Source: an uncultured delta proteobacterium (GTDB lineage Bacteria; Desulfobacterota; Binatia; UBA9968). Taken from it: a DNA stretch of 64,000 nt. Made by a program: the position numbers and the translations under genes. The notes beneath the pieces are model-generated. The model was not told where the DNA came from. It saw nothing but the letters and a program-made list of their open reading frames with translations, and made no database searches. This document shows, piece by piece, positions 9,522 to 19,273 of this stretch (positions within the stretch are counted from its first letter, which is position 1; the number at the start of each line of letters is the position of its first letter). The stretch spans positions 64,001 through 128,000 of the forward strand of contig CAVUVW010000015.1 of the NCBI GenBank assembly GCA_963745035.1. Direction: 5' to 3'.

Positions 9522-10576
9522 CGCTGCATGACCTTTGAAGGCGGCGGCGGCGCGCCGAATAGGGTTTGCGACGGATACCTCTTGGCGCCTTCGGTGATCT
9601 CTCTGATATTTTCCGAGACCACGCGCAGATTTTCCATGGTTCTGTCCAGCTCGCGCTGCTGGGTGGCCAGCAAGCGATTGAGCCGCTGCAAGGTTTGGCG
9701 CGCCTGCGCGCTGGTCTCCGGCAAATCGTTCGTCACCGTATCGAGCCGGGTCATCATGCGATTTAAACTCGCCGAAGTCTGCGGCAAGTCCGCGAGCACT
9801 TGCTCGAGGGGCTTTTCGGCGCGCTCGATGAGCTGGCGCGCTTTTCCCGCCGCGGCGGCGGCATCGGTGAGGCCTGCCTTTAACTCCGGACTGCTGACCA
9901 GCGCGTTCAATTGCCGGTTGGTGGCGCGCAATTCAGCCAAGAGGGCGCCGGTCTGATCGCCGATTTTTTCCAGGTTGGCGCTGTCGGCGAGTTTGGTCAT
10001 CGCCGCCAGCGACTTTTCGACGCTCTCGCTCAGCCGGGAAATGTCGATATCGCCGATGTTTTGTACGATGCGCTCGACGGCCTCGCTCACTTGGGTGATC
10101 CGGCTGCGCGTCGAAGGAATGTAAGGGTGGGCAGGCTGCCAGTCGATCTCCAGCGGCGGGTTGCGCTCGGGATCGAGATAGTCGGTTTCCAGATAGGCGA
10201 CGCCGGTCAAGCCCTGCGGCGCCAGGCGCACGCGAAAGCCGCGGTCGAGCTCGCGCTTGAGCGCCGCGCTTTTCGGATCGTTGACCGGAAACTGAAACAT
10301 GTTCGACGAGATCGACATGCGCACGAGCACGTACTGGCGCGCGGTGTTGTACTCGGCGCTGGTGAGCGAGATGCGCTCCACGCTGCCGACGGGCACGCCG
10401 CGGAACTTCACCGGCGAGCCGACATCGAGCCCTTGCACCGACTCGTCGATGTAGGTCTCGACCAAGGCCTTTTTCTGCAGCACCGTGCCGACGCCGAGGA
10501 CGATCACGCCGATCACCCCGACCACGATCGCCGTGATGACGAACAGGCCGATCTTAAAGTAACTGAGTTTTTCCAC
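9518..10576 (-). CDS. mlaD: MlaD/MCE family protein
   Basis: N-terminal TM FKIGLFV; ESVQGLDVGSPVKFRGVPVGSV; coiled coil; YPSQTLFG. Likely GTG start at 10576. Confidence 0.88.
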   Translation of the reverse strand: MEKLSYFKIGLFVITAIVVGVIGVIVLGVGTVLQKKALVETYIDESVQGLDVGSPVKFRGVPVGSVERISLTSAEYNTARQYVLVRMSISSNMFQFPVNDPKSAALKRELDRGFRVRLAPQGLTGVAYLETDYLDPERNPPLEIDWQPAHPYIPSTRSRITQVSEAVERIVQNIGDIDISRLSESVEKSLAAMTKLADSANLEKIGDQTGALLAELRATNRQLNALVSSPELKAGLTDAAAAAGKARQLIERAEKPLEQVLADLPQTSASLNRMMTRLDTVTNDLPETSAQARQTLQRLNRLLATQQRELDRTMENLRVVSENIREITEGAKRYPSQTLFGAPPPPSKVMQR

Positions 10577-10620
10577 TGCGGGCGCGTTGTCGCATGGTTG
10601 GCGGGCGTTTCCCGGCACGG

Positions 10621-11396
10621 CTACGTTTCCGGCTCGGGCTGGCGCGTGAAAAACCGCCGCACGCGCGGGTCCGGGCTGTGATCGCGCAGCTCTTCCGGAG
10701 CGCCGATGGCGATGATCCCCTTCTCTTGTTTATCCAACATTATCACCCGGTCCGCAATCGTGAAGATGCTCGGCAGCTCGTGGGTCACGACAATGAAGGT
10801 GATGTGCAGGCTGCGCGCCAGGCTGAGCACCAGTTGGTCGAGCTCGGCCGAAGTGACCGGATCGAGTCCGGCCGAAAGCTCGTCGAGGAACAACAGCCGC
10901 GGATCGAGCGCCATGGCGCGCGCGATCGCGCCGCGCTTCTGCATGCCGCCGCTGAGCTCGGCGGGCATGCTGATCGGCGGCACCGCTCAAGCCCACGCGC
11001 TGCAGTTTCATCAGGGTGATCAAGCGAATCGCTTCGGGCGGCAGATCGGTGAATTCTTCCAGCGCCAGCGCGATGTTTTCCAGCAAGGTCATCGAGCCGA
11101 AGAGCGCGCCGCTCTGATACATCACGCCGAACTTGCGCAGGATCGCCAGCTTCTCCCCGCCGGTCGCCGCGGCGATATCCTGCCCATCGATGAGGATCCG
11201 GCCCGCCGCCGGCTGGTAGAGCCCGATCATGTGTTTGAGCAAGGTGCTCTTGCCGCAGCCCGAGCCGCCGAGGATGGCGAAAACTTCGCCGGGATAGACT
11301 TCGAAGTTGACCCGATCGAGCACCACGTGTCCGTCGTACGCGGCGCGTGAAATTCTCCACTCGGATGATCGGTTCTGGTTGCGCCGCGTTGGCCAT
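10621..11396 (-). CDS. mlaF: MlaF-type ABC ATPase (two frameshifts)
   Basis: GGSGCGKST, GVMYQSGALF, LSGGMQKR, LFLDE and VVTH split across ORFs 10730-11326 and 10621-10983; ATG overlaps the mlaE stop. Confidence 0.88.
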
Positions 11397-12532
11397 CAAA
11401 CCCACAAATAATAGTAAACCACGGAGAAAATTCCGTCGGTGATCGCGATCAAGATGATGCCGCTCACCACCGCGCTGGTGGTCGATTCGCCGACCGCGGT
11501 CGCGCCGGTGCGCGCCTGCAGGCCGCGCAGGCAGCCGATGCCGGCGACGAGAATGCCGAAGACAAAGGCTTTGACCAGACCGCCGACCAGAGAGCCGTAG
11601 CTCACCGCATACTGCACCTGGTGAAAGTACGTGACCAGCGGAAATCCGAGCGAGAGCATCACCACTGCGCCGCCGATCAAGCCGAGCAGATCGGCGAAGA
11701 CGGTGAGCAGCGGGGTCATGCACACAGCGGCGAAGACGCGCGGCACGATGAGAAAGCGCACGGGATCGAGCCCCATGGTGCGCAGCGCGTCGATCTCCTC
11801 GCGCACTTTCATGGTGCCGAGCTCGGCGGCGAAGGCCGAGCCCGAGCGCCCGGCCAGAATGATCGCGGTCATCAAAGGCCCCAATTCGCGCAGAATCGAA
11901 AGACCGATCAGATTGGCGATGAAAATCTCGGCGCCAAATTGCCGCAGCGGGGTCGCGGCTTGAAAGGCCATGATCAGACCCAACAGAAAACTGATCAGCG
12001 CGACGATCGGCAGCGCGTTAACCCCCACCGTCTCGGCAATCGCCAAGGCATCGCGCCAGCGCACGCTGCGCGGATGGATCGCGGCATGCGCGAGCGCCAC
12101 GCTCATCTCGCCGACAAAGCTCACGAGAACCTGCACGTCGCGCCAAACCTCGACGGTGGCTTCGCCGAGCTCCACGGTCAGGTTCTTGCGCCGCGAGCGG
12201 TCACCCGCGGCCGCAATGGCCGGCTCCGGCGCCCAGTCGTCGAGCAAGCTCGCAAACTCGGGACGCAGCCCGGCGATTTCCAGATGGCCGCCCGCCTTGC
12301 TTTGCACTTGCCGGAGATGGACCAGCAGCGCAATCCCGGCGCCGTCGCAGTAATCGACTGCCGAAGCGTCGACGACGGCGCTTTTCGCCTTCGCCTGAAT
12401 GAGCGCCGAAGACGCCGGGCGCCAAACCGTGCCGGTGGTGGCCGAGTCGAGGCGGCCCGCAAAGATCAGCTTAAAGAGACCGTCGCGCGGCCCGTCAAAG
12501 CGCAGATCAACGGAAGAAGTTCTCGCGGCCAT
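11396..12532 (-). CDS. mlaE: MlaE-family permease with N-terminal STAS domain
   Basis: STAS-like VDASAVDYCDGAG; LRELGPLMTAIILAGRSGSAFAAELGTMKVREEIDAL. Confidence 0.92.
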   Translation of the reverse strand: MAARTSSVDLRFDGPRDGLFKLIFAGRLDSATTGTVWRPASSALIQAKAKSAVVDASAVDYCDGAGIALLVHLRQVQSKAGGHLEIAGLRPEFASLLDDWAPEPAIAAAGDRSRRKNLTVELGEATVEVWRDVQVLVSFVGEMSVALAHAAIHPRSVRWRDALAIAETVGVNALPIVALISFLLGLIMAFQAATPLRQFGAEIFIANLIGLSILRELGPLMTAIILAGRSGSAFAAELGTMKVREEIDALRTMGLDPVRFLIVPRVFAAVCMTPLLTVFADLLGLIGGAVVMLSLGFPLVTYFHQVQYAVSYGSLVGGLVKAFVFGILVAGIGCLRGLQARTGATAVGESTTSAVVSGIILIAITDGIFSVVYYYLWV

Positions 12533-12588
12533 GGGCAATGGGCGGAGTCAAGCTTATCGGCCTATTATGCTGGCTCTCATCGCGCGGG

Positions 12589-13878
12589 TCAACCAAGTTC
12601 GGCCGGCGGAGCTTTGCGCGGCGCGCGCACGGTCAGGCTAAGCAAAGCGGAGAGCGCCAGGGCGAGAATAAAGGAAATAAACGACGACGTGTAGCTGCCG
12701 GTGGCATCGTAAACGAATCCGAAGAACGGCGCGCCGGCGGCGCCGAAGGCGTGGGTGACCAGAATTCCCGCGCCGCGCACGGCGCCGAGCGACAGCCTGC
12801 CGAAATAATTTGCCCAGACGAGCTCCTGCAGTACCCAGCCGCCGCCGAGTCCGACGCCGTAAAGCAAAAAGCCGGCGTATAGGAGCCACGCCTCGCTCGC
12901 GGCAAGCGCGAGTCCGAGGCCGACGGCCTGAATCAGAAACATCAGCAAGCTCGAATGGCGAATCTCCATGCGCTCGCCAAGAAAGCCCCAGACCAAGGTC
13001 GAGCCGAGCTGAGTGGCGGCGATGATGCTCAGCACCGTGGCGCCCATCGTCGCCGAGAAGCCGATATCGGTCACGTAGGCGAACACGTGCAGATTGAGAC
13101 CGGCGATGCCGACGTTGACCATGCCGTAGATAAAGCACACGACCCAGAACGTATCGGTGCGGATCACCTCGCGCCAGTGCCAAAGGACTTCGTCCGATGC
13201 GATCGGAGCGGCGGCGCCGGCCCGCCGGCGCGTGCCCGGTTCGCCGCCATGCCCGTCAGGCTCGTCGCCGTCGGGTTTGAGGCCGATATCTTCGGGGCTT
13301 CGGCGCATGAAGATCAGCGCCGGAATGACGATCAGGATCAACGTGATCATGCCGAAAACCGACCAGGTCCAGCGCCAACCGAGCCAGACAAAAAGCATCG
13401 CCGTCAGCGGCGGAATGCACACCTTCGACAAGCCTTGGCCCAAGCTTGCGATCGCGATGGCGCGACCGCGCCGGCGCACAAACCAGCGCGAGATCGTGAC
13501 GCTCACGACCATGTGGCACATAAAGACGCCGCCGATGGTGATAAACGTCCAGCGCAGGAAGAGAAACTGCCAGTACGAGCTCACTTGGCTGAGCAGCATG
13601 AAGCCGGCGCCGGCGACCAGCGCCCCGCCCGCCATGAGCCACCGGCCGCCGTGGCGATCGACCAACGGTCCGACCAGCGGCGCCAGCGCCGCGCCGATGA
13701 GGATCTCGCCCGAGCGCAGCAGCGAAAACAAGCCGCGCGAAACGGCCAAGTCCTCGGTCAACGGTTTGAGGAACACGCTGAGCGTGCTCGACATGTGAAA
13801 CGCGCACGCCAGGTGCGAAAGAAATCCCACGCCGACGATGTACCAACCGTAGAAAAATTTGGGCTTGGGCGATGGCAT
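12589..13878 (-). CDS. MFS transporter
   Basis: About 12 TM segments; GPLVDRHGGR motif A; WFVRRRGRAIAI. Confidence 0.9.
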   Translation of the reverse strand: MPSPKPKFFYGWYIVGVGFLSHLACAFHMSSTLSVFLKPLTEDLAVSRGLFSLLRSGEILIGAALAPLVGPLVDRHGGRWLMAGGALVAGAGFMLLSQVSSYWQFLFLRWTFITIGGVFMCHMVVSVTISRWFVRRRGRAIAIASLGQGLSKVCIPPLTAMLFVWLGWRWTWSVFGMITLILIVIPALIFMRRSPEDIGLKPDGDEPDGHGGEPGTRRRAGAAAPIASDEVLWHWREVIRTDTFWVVCFIYGMVNVGIAGLNLHVFAYVTDIGFSATMGATVLSIIAATQLGSTLVWGFLGERMEIRHSSLLMFLIQAVGLGLALAASEAWLLYAGFLLYGVGLGGGWVLQELVWANYFGRLSLGAVRGAGILVTHAFGAAGAPFFGFVYDATGSYTSSFISFILALALSALLSLTVRAPRKAPPAELG

Positions 13879-14024
13879 GAAAGGCGAAAATCGCGCGCCG
13901 GCTCAGGAGAATTTTTAAAGTAGCAAGGCCGCTGCGGAAAAGCGAGACGAATTATGGGCGGTTGCGCGCCGCGACGGCGGCGTTATAGAAAAATATGAGC
14001 ATCCCTGAAGGGAGGATCTGTCTC

Positions 14025-14375
14025 ATGGCGGCAAAAGGCTTGAACCATATCGCGCTCAAAACCCGCGATCTGGAGAAGACCGAAGAGTTTTACACTGCGA
14101 TACTCGGGATGAAGGTCGCGTTTCGCCATCCGCCCGCCATGCTCTTTCTCACCACGCCGGGGAGCGGCGACCTGATTAATTTTGTAAAGAGCACAGCGCG
14201 CCCGAAAGGAACGCAGTCCCTGGAGCATCTCGGATTCAAGGTCACGCCCGCGGGCCTCAAGAAAACCGCCAAGGCGCTTCGCGCGCGAGGCGTCAGGATC
14301 GACGGCCGGCGCGGCAAAGCGGCGATCTATTTCCGCGATCCCAACGGCTACCAACTGGAATACTACTGCGATTAA
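14025..14375 (+). CDS. VOC/glyoxalase family protein
   Basis: LNHIALKTRDL...FY...LG; HLGF; YFRDPNGYQLE; SD GGAGG. Confidence 0.88.
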   Translation: MAAKGLNHIALKTRDLEKTEEFYTAILGMKVAFRHPPAMLFLTTPGSGDLINFVKSTARPKGTQSLEHLGFKVTPAGLKKTAKALRARGVRIDGRRGKAAIYFRDPNGYQLEYYCD

Positions 14376-14394
14376 GACGCGCGAGCGGCGCGGG

Positions 14395-15447
14395 TCAGAA
14401 TAAACTGAGCTGGTCTCTCGCGGGCCTGCGAAAATGCTCGGTGGTGAGCTTCGGCCAGCGCTCGGTGATACCGGATTTCTTGCGCGCCAGTTGAAAGAGC
14501 TCGGCCATCTGCTCGGCGTAGATCCCTTGGCCGCGCATGCGCGATTGGAAATTGGGATCGTTGAGCTTACCGCCGCGAATTTCCCGCACCCGGTTGAGAA
14601 TCTTATTTTTCTTCTCCGGATAGTTCTGCTCGAGCCATTGCTCGAACAACGACTTCACGGCAAACGGCAGGCGCAGCGCGACGTAGCCGGAGAAGCTCGC
14701 GCCGGCCTTAGCCGCAGCGGCGGCGATCGCCGGGGCTTCGGCGTCGGTGAGTCCGGGAATCATCGGCGCTTGCAGGTAGCCGACCGGCACCCCGGCTTCG
14801 GCGAGAATTCTTATCGCCGCCAGCCGGCGGGCCGGCCGCGAGGCGCGCGGTTCGAGCAGCGAGGATAATTTGTGATCGAGCGTGGTCACCGAAATCGTCA
14901 CGCCGACGCAATCATGGCGCGCCAGCTCGGCGAGAACGTCGGCGTCGCGCGTCACCAGAAAATTTTTGGTGATAATGACGACTGGGTTGCGGAACTCGAG
15001 AAACACTTCCAGGCAGCGCCGCGTAAGCTGTTTTTTCTTTTCGATCGGCTGGTAGCAGTCGGTGTTGCCGCTGAGCGCGACGAGCTGCGGCTTCCAGGCG
15101 CGGCTGGACAGCTCCTTGCGCAGCAGCTCGGGCGCGTCCTCTTTCACCATGATCTTGGTTTCGAAGTCGAGACCCGAAGAAAAGCCGAGATATTCGTGGC
15201 TTGGTCTGGCGTAGCAGTAGACGCAGCCGTGCTCGCAGCCGCGATAGGGATTGATGCTGGCATCGAATCCGACGTCGGGGCTGTCGTTGTAGGCGATGAG
15301 TGATTTCGAACGGTCCGGAAAAAACTCCGTGTGCGGCGAGGAAACGTCGTCGTTATCCTGTGGCTCCAGGACCGTTTCGATGGACTCGAAGCGGTTCTTC
15401 GGATTGCCGGCCGCCCCGCGGCCGCGCACCGGAAACGGCTGCGCCAT
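14395..15447 (-). CDS. PA0069/Rv2578c-family radical SAM protein (spore photoproduct lyase-like)
   Basis: GRGAAGNPKNRF; INPYRGCEHGCVYCYARP (CxxxCxxC); NTDCYQPIE; C-terminal QLSLF. Confidence 0.92.
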   Translation of the reverse strand: MAQPFPVRGRGAAGNPKNRFESIETVLEPQDNDDVSSPHTEFFPDRSKSLIAYNDSPDVGFDASINPYRGCEHGCVYCYARPSHEYLGFSSGLDFETKIMVKEDAPELLRKELSSRAWKPQLVALSGNTDCYQPIEKKKQLTRRCLEVFLEFRNPVVIITKNFLVTRDADVLAELARHDCVGVTISVTTLDHKLSSLLEPRASRPARRLAAIRILAEAGVPVGYLQAPMIPGLTDAEAPAIAAAAAKAGASFSGYVALRLPFAVKSLFEQWLEQNYPEKKNKILNRVREIRGGKLNDPNFQSRMRGQGIYAEQMAELFQLARKKSGITERWPKLTTEHFRRPARDQLSLF

Positions 15448-15460
15448 AAAGCCTCGGCCC

Positions 15461-15715
15461 TTACGCCGCCGGCGCCGCCGCTTTGGCCGCCGCGGCTTTT
15501 TCCGCCGCCGCCTTGGCCTCGGCGGCAGCGGCTTCGGCGGCGGCCGTCGCCTTTTTCTGTTTTGCCAAGATTCGCGATTCGCGCTTCAGCAGTTTCACCT
15601 GGCGCTGCAGTTTCTTGATCTTCTTTGCGTCCTTCGATGAAGCGCGGACCTCGGCTTTTTCTTTTTTGAGCTTGCGGATATTCTGTTTGACGGTCGTGAG
15701 TACGCTCGCGTCCAT
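15461..15715 (-). CDS. Small, highly basic Lys/Ala-rich protein (84 aa)
   Basis: MDASVLTTVKQNIRKLKKEK...AAAEAKAAAEKAAAAKAAAPAA with SD GGAGG; ends 13 nt before the radical SAM start. Confidence 0.72.
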   Translation of the reverse strand: MDASVLTTVKQNIRKLKKEKAEVRASSKDAKKIKKLQRQVKLLKRESRILAKQKKATAAAEAAAAEAKAAAEKAAAAKAAAPAA

Positions 15716-15773
15716 GGAATTTTCCTCCCTTTGCAGTTGGCTTTTTGCTAGCATAAATCCCGGAAAAACCAAA

Positions 15774-16433
15774 ATGACCGCGCCGCAAAGAAAACTCGAC
15801 GCCAAAAAACGGATGCAGCGCATCCTCACGCGGCTGGAGAAAGCGCACTCCGACGCCAAGCTCGATCTCGACTTCAAAAATCCCCTGGAGCTGCTGGTCG
15901 CGCTCATCCTGGCCGCCCAGGCGCGCGACGATCTGGTGAACAAGATCACTCCGCAACTTTTTCAAAGCCACCGGACGGCCGCCGATTACGCGGCCGCCAC
16001 GCCGGCTAAACTGGAAGCCGAGATCGGCAAAATCAACTTTTACCGGAACAAAGCCAGATCGATTCACAATTGCGCCAAGCAACTCGTGGAGCGCTTCGGC
16101 GGCCGCGTCCCCGACAATCTCGATGATCTTCTTTCGCTGCCGGGCGTGGGCCGCAAGACCGCCAACATCGTTTTGGGCAATGCCTTCGGTCGGCAGACGA
16201 TCGGCGTCGATACCCACGTCATGCGGCTTGCCCAGCGTTTGGGCTTCACCAAAGCCGCCGACCCGGATGATGTCGAAGTGGATTTGCTGAAAGTCGTCCC
16301 GGAAAAAAAGCGCGTGCGCTTCTGCCACCTGATGCAATACCACGGCCGGCGCATCTGCGTGGCCAAAAAGCCCAAGTGTCCGCAGTGCGTGATCAACGAG
16401 CTCTGCCCGTTTCCGGCAAAGACAAAATTCTGA
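15774..16433 (+). CDS. nth: Endonuclease III
   Basis: LLVALILAAQ; HhH LPGVGRKTANIVL; VDTHV; FCL motif CVAKKPKCPQCVINELC. Confidence 0.95.
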   Translation: MTAPQRKLDAKKRMQRILTRLEKAHSDAKLDLDFKNPLELLVALILAAQARDDLVNKITPQLFQSHRTAADYAAATPAKLEAEIGKINFYRNKARSIHNCAKQLVERFGGRVPDNLDDLLSLPGVGRKTANIVLGNAFGRQTIGVDTHVMRLAQRLGFTKAADPDDVEVDLLKVVPEKKRVRFCHLMQYHGRRICVAKKPKCPQCVINELCPFPAKTKF

Positions 16434-16577
16434 CCGTGCGCGGATTCGATCAACGGCTCCGGCACAAGCCGGCGCGCTCCGTTTACCGGTTTCGACCATG
16501 CGAACAGGCCCACGTTGTTTCGCGCCGCGCCGAGCAGTAGACTGATGGAATGAATTGTTGAGATTCTTACTCGATCC

Positions 16578-17291
16578 ATGAGCCAACTACTCGCGCCACC
16601 TGCTCCCTTCAGTATGATTCGTGAAGTGCGCGGCTTGATCGAACTGCCGCGCCTGCTGCTGCGCTTCCCCGAGCTTGCCCGCCAACCCCGCGGGCATGGC
16701 CAGCCGGTGCTGATCCTGCCCGGTTACGGCGCCGGCGATATTTCCACTCTGTTGCTGAAACACTATCTCCGCCTGCTCGGTTATCACGCGCGGGGCTGGG
16801 GCTTGGGACGCAACGTCGGCGACGCCGCCGAGCTGCTGCCGAGAATACTCAAGCGCGCCGCCTCCCTGGCGCAGCGCAATCAAAGCAAAGTGCACCTGAT
16901 CGGCTGGAGCTTCGGCGGTTATCTTGCCCGCGAGCTGGCGCGCGAGCGCGCCGACCTCATCGGCCAAGTCGTCACTCTCGGCACCCCGGTGGTGGGCGGG
17001 CCGAAGTATACGGCCTTTGCCCAGTCCTTTCAGCGCCGCGGCATCGACCTGGAGGCCCTCGCCTCGGCCATCGAAGCGCGCAATCGAGTTTCCCTGTGCA
17101 CACCGGTGATCGCGATCTATTCGCGCCGCGATGCCGTGGTCGCATGGCAGGCGTGCATCGACCACAACGGCGCCAACGTCGAACACGTCGAGGTGCGCAC
17201 CACCCATTTCGGCTTCGGCTTTTGCCCCGACGTTTACAAGATCATCGCCCAACGCTTGGCCGGCGTCATTCCTGGTCCGCGCAGCCGCTGA
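16578..17291 (+). CDS. Alpha/beta hydrolase (lipase/esterase-like)
   Basis: PVLILPG; nucleophile elbow GWSFGG; SRRDAVV; H-F-G. Confidence 0.88.
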   Translation: MSQLLAPPAPFSMIREVRGLIELPRLLLRFPELARQPRGHGQPVLILPGYGAGDISTLLLKHYLRLLGYHARGWGLGRNVGDAAELLPRILKRAASLAQRNQSKVHLIGWSFGGYLARELARERADLIGQVVTLGTPVVGGPKYTAFAQSFQRRGIDLEALASAIEARNRVSLCTPVIAIYSRRDAVVAWQACIDHNGANVEHVEVRTTHFGFGFCPDVYKIIAQRLAGVIPGPRSR

Positions 17292-17326
17292 GGCAACTCC
17301 GGCGCGCCCACCGTGAAATTCTTGTC

Positions 17327-17812
17327 ATGGAAAGCTCCTTCGCTTTTTTGCTCCTCGCCCTCGGCTTGGTCGTCGCCGGAATGATCGGCCTGGTGCTGCC
17401 GGCTCTCCCCGGCGCGCCGCTTATCTTCGCCGGCTTGCTGCTCGCCGCCTGGACCGAGGACTTTGCCTACGTCGGCCTCTGGACCATCGTCGTTCTGGCG
17501 CTGATCGCGCTTCTGACCTATGCGGTCGATTTCTGGGCCACCATGTTCGGCGCGAAAAAATTCGGCGCTTCTAGGCGCGCCGTCATCGGCGCGATTTTGG
17601 GACTGCTCGTCGGCGTCTTCCTGGGATTTCCCGGAGTGATTTTCGGGCCGTTCATCGGCGCGGTGATCGGCGAGCTGTCGGCGCGGCGCAATCTCGAGCA
17701 GGCCGCGCGCGCCGGAGTCGGCGCCACCATCGGCGTGGTGCTCGGCGCCGCGCTCAAGGTCGCGCTGGCGCTCGCGATGATCGGAATTTTCGCAGTCGCG
17801 CGTTTTCTTTAG
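17327..17812 (+). CDS. DUF456 family membrane protein
   Basis: GLVLPALPGAPLI; GAKKFGASR; GPFIGAVIGEL. Confidence 0.88.
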   Translation: MESSFAFLLLALGLVVAGMIGLVLPALPGAPLIFAGLLLAAWTEDFAYVGLWTIVVLALIALLTYAVDFWATMFGAKKFGASRRAVIGAILGLLVGVFLGFPGVIFGPFIGAVIGELSARRNLEQAARAGVGATIGVVLGAALKVALALAMIGIFAVARFL

Positions 17813-17903
17813 CCGCGAGTGTGTTATAGCCGTGGGAATCCATGCGCGCTGCCGCCATCGTCTTGCGGGCGTTGCCGCGGCGCGCCAGCGTTTCGGAGGA
17901 AAC

Positions 17904-18824
17904 ATGAAAAGAATTTTGCCGGTCATGCTCGCTTTACTGCTCCACACCGAGGCGCTCGCGATCACCATCGCCACCGGCTCGGCCGAAGGCACCTACTTCA
18001 AGGTCGCTCAGGACATCAAGCAGATCGCCGAGAAAGAGGGCATCCCGATCGATGTCATCGTCACCGGCGGCTCCTTCGACAACATCAACCTGCTCGGCGC
18101 CGGCAAAGTCGATCTGGCGATCATGCAGCTCGACGTGCTGCGGTTTGTCGCCGAGATCATGCAGAAGGAAGCCGGGCTCAATGTGCTTCAGGAAGCCAAA
18201 GTCGCGCTCAATCTCTATCTCGAGGAAATTCACGTCATCACCAAGAATCCGGAAATCCGAACTTTCGATCAGCTCCAGGGGAAAAAGGTCGCCGTCGGCC
18301 CGGAGAAAAGCGGCTCGGCGCTCACCGCCGAAGTCCTGCTCGCCGGCTTCGGTCTGCAGGTCGAGCGGGTGTTCGACGCCCCCGAAGACGCGATCAAGAA
18401 GCTCGACCAGGGCGCAATCGACGCGCTCGTGTTTGTCGGCGGCGCGCCGATTCCTGCCTTTCAGAAACTCGATAAGAATTTTCGCTTCGTGAGCCTGCCG
18501 CCGGATAGCGGGCTGGAGCAAATCTATCCGAAGAAGAAGATCGCCAAAGCGACTTATCCGTGGGTGGACGAGGTCGATACCCACGCCGTTCCCTCGGTCG
18601 TCATGACCCGCAATCGCGACGACAAGGACTACGTGACGGCGATGCAGAAATTGGTGCTGTTGATCCTCTCGCAGAAAGACTACCTGGACGCCAACGGCCA
18701 TCCCAAATGGAAGGATTCTTTCGTCCGCTCGACCCAGAGCAATATCGGCTATGCCCCCGCCGCCAACGTGATCCAGCTCTACAACGTGCTCGACAGCATC
18801 GGCTACCGAATCATCAAGAAATAG
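17904..18824 (+). CDS. TAXI-family TRAP transporter solute receptor
   Basis: Signal peptide; IATGSAEGTYF; GSFDNINLL; LYLEEIHVI; LQGKKVAVGPEKSG. Confidence 0.88.
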   Translation: MKRILPVMLALLLHTEALAITIATGSAEGTYFKVAQDIKQIAEKEGIPIDVIVTGGSFDNINLLGAGKVDLAIMQLDVLRFVAEIMQKEAGLNVLQEAKVALNLYLEEIHVITKNPEIRTFDQLQGKKVAVGPEKSGSALTAEVLLAGFGLQVERVFDAPEDAIKKLDQGAIDALVFVGGAPIPAFQKLDKNFRFVSLPPDSGLEQIYPKKKIAKATYPWVDEVDTHAVPSVVMTRNRDDKDYVTAMQKLVLLILSQKDYLDANGHPKWKDSFVRSTQSNIGYAPAANVIQLYNVLDSIGYRIIKK

Positions 18825-18835
18825 CGGCGGATGCG

Positions 18836-19198
18836 CTATTCGTCGCGGTGAACGGTCGCCGATGAAAACGCCGGCAGACAGATCGCCAGATACTCCGCGC
18901 CGTCACTCCCAGGCGTGCTGTAGCGCACCCACTCGCCGGCTTCGACGACGATCCCCTGCCCGGCGGCGACTTTGAAATTTTCCGAGCGAGTCTCGACTTG
19001 CAGCTCGCCGCGCAGCACCACGGTGTACTCGGCGAATTCCGGAGTCTGGCCGGGCTCACGCCATCCTGATGGGCTCGTCATCTTGGCGATGCTGATTGTG
19101 CGAGTCTGCGAGTTCACCCGGCCGACAAACTCTTCGATGATCTTCGGCGGCTGCCCAGCCGCGGGAATGACCGTCGGTGCTGATATTAGTTTTGCCAT
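18836..19198 (-). CDS. Cupin domain protein
   Basis: PKIIEEFVGRVN; EPGQTPEFAEYTVVLRG; EWVRYSTP; YLAICLPAFS. Confidence 0.85.
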   Translation of the reverse strand: MAKLISAPTVIPAAGQPPKIIEEFVGRVNSQTRTISIAKMTSPSGWREPGQTPEFAEYTVVLRGELQVETRSENFKVAAGQGIVVEAGEWVRYSTPGSDGAEYLAICLPAFSSATVHRDE

Positions 19199-19233
19199 GG
19201 GCAAGAAGTACAGCTAAATTCTACACCGCGCAA

Positions 19234-19263
19234 TTGACTTATTTTCGACTCGCGAGCTAGATT
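19234..19263 (+). promoter_or_regulatory. Sigma70-like promoter for tctA (near-leaderless)
   Basis: TTGACT-N18-TAGATT ending 10 nt before the ATG at 19274; no clear SD. Confidence 0.45.
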
Positions 19264-19273
19264 CGCCGGACAA

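Noticed and set aside
15144-16586. 480-aa minus-strand ORF and many other long overlapping ORFs (e.g. 34446-35801, 37581-38915, 62208-63608)
   Set aside because: Antisense or alternate-frame shadows of well-supported genes, expected in GC-rich DNA; no family motifs.
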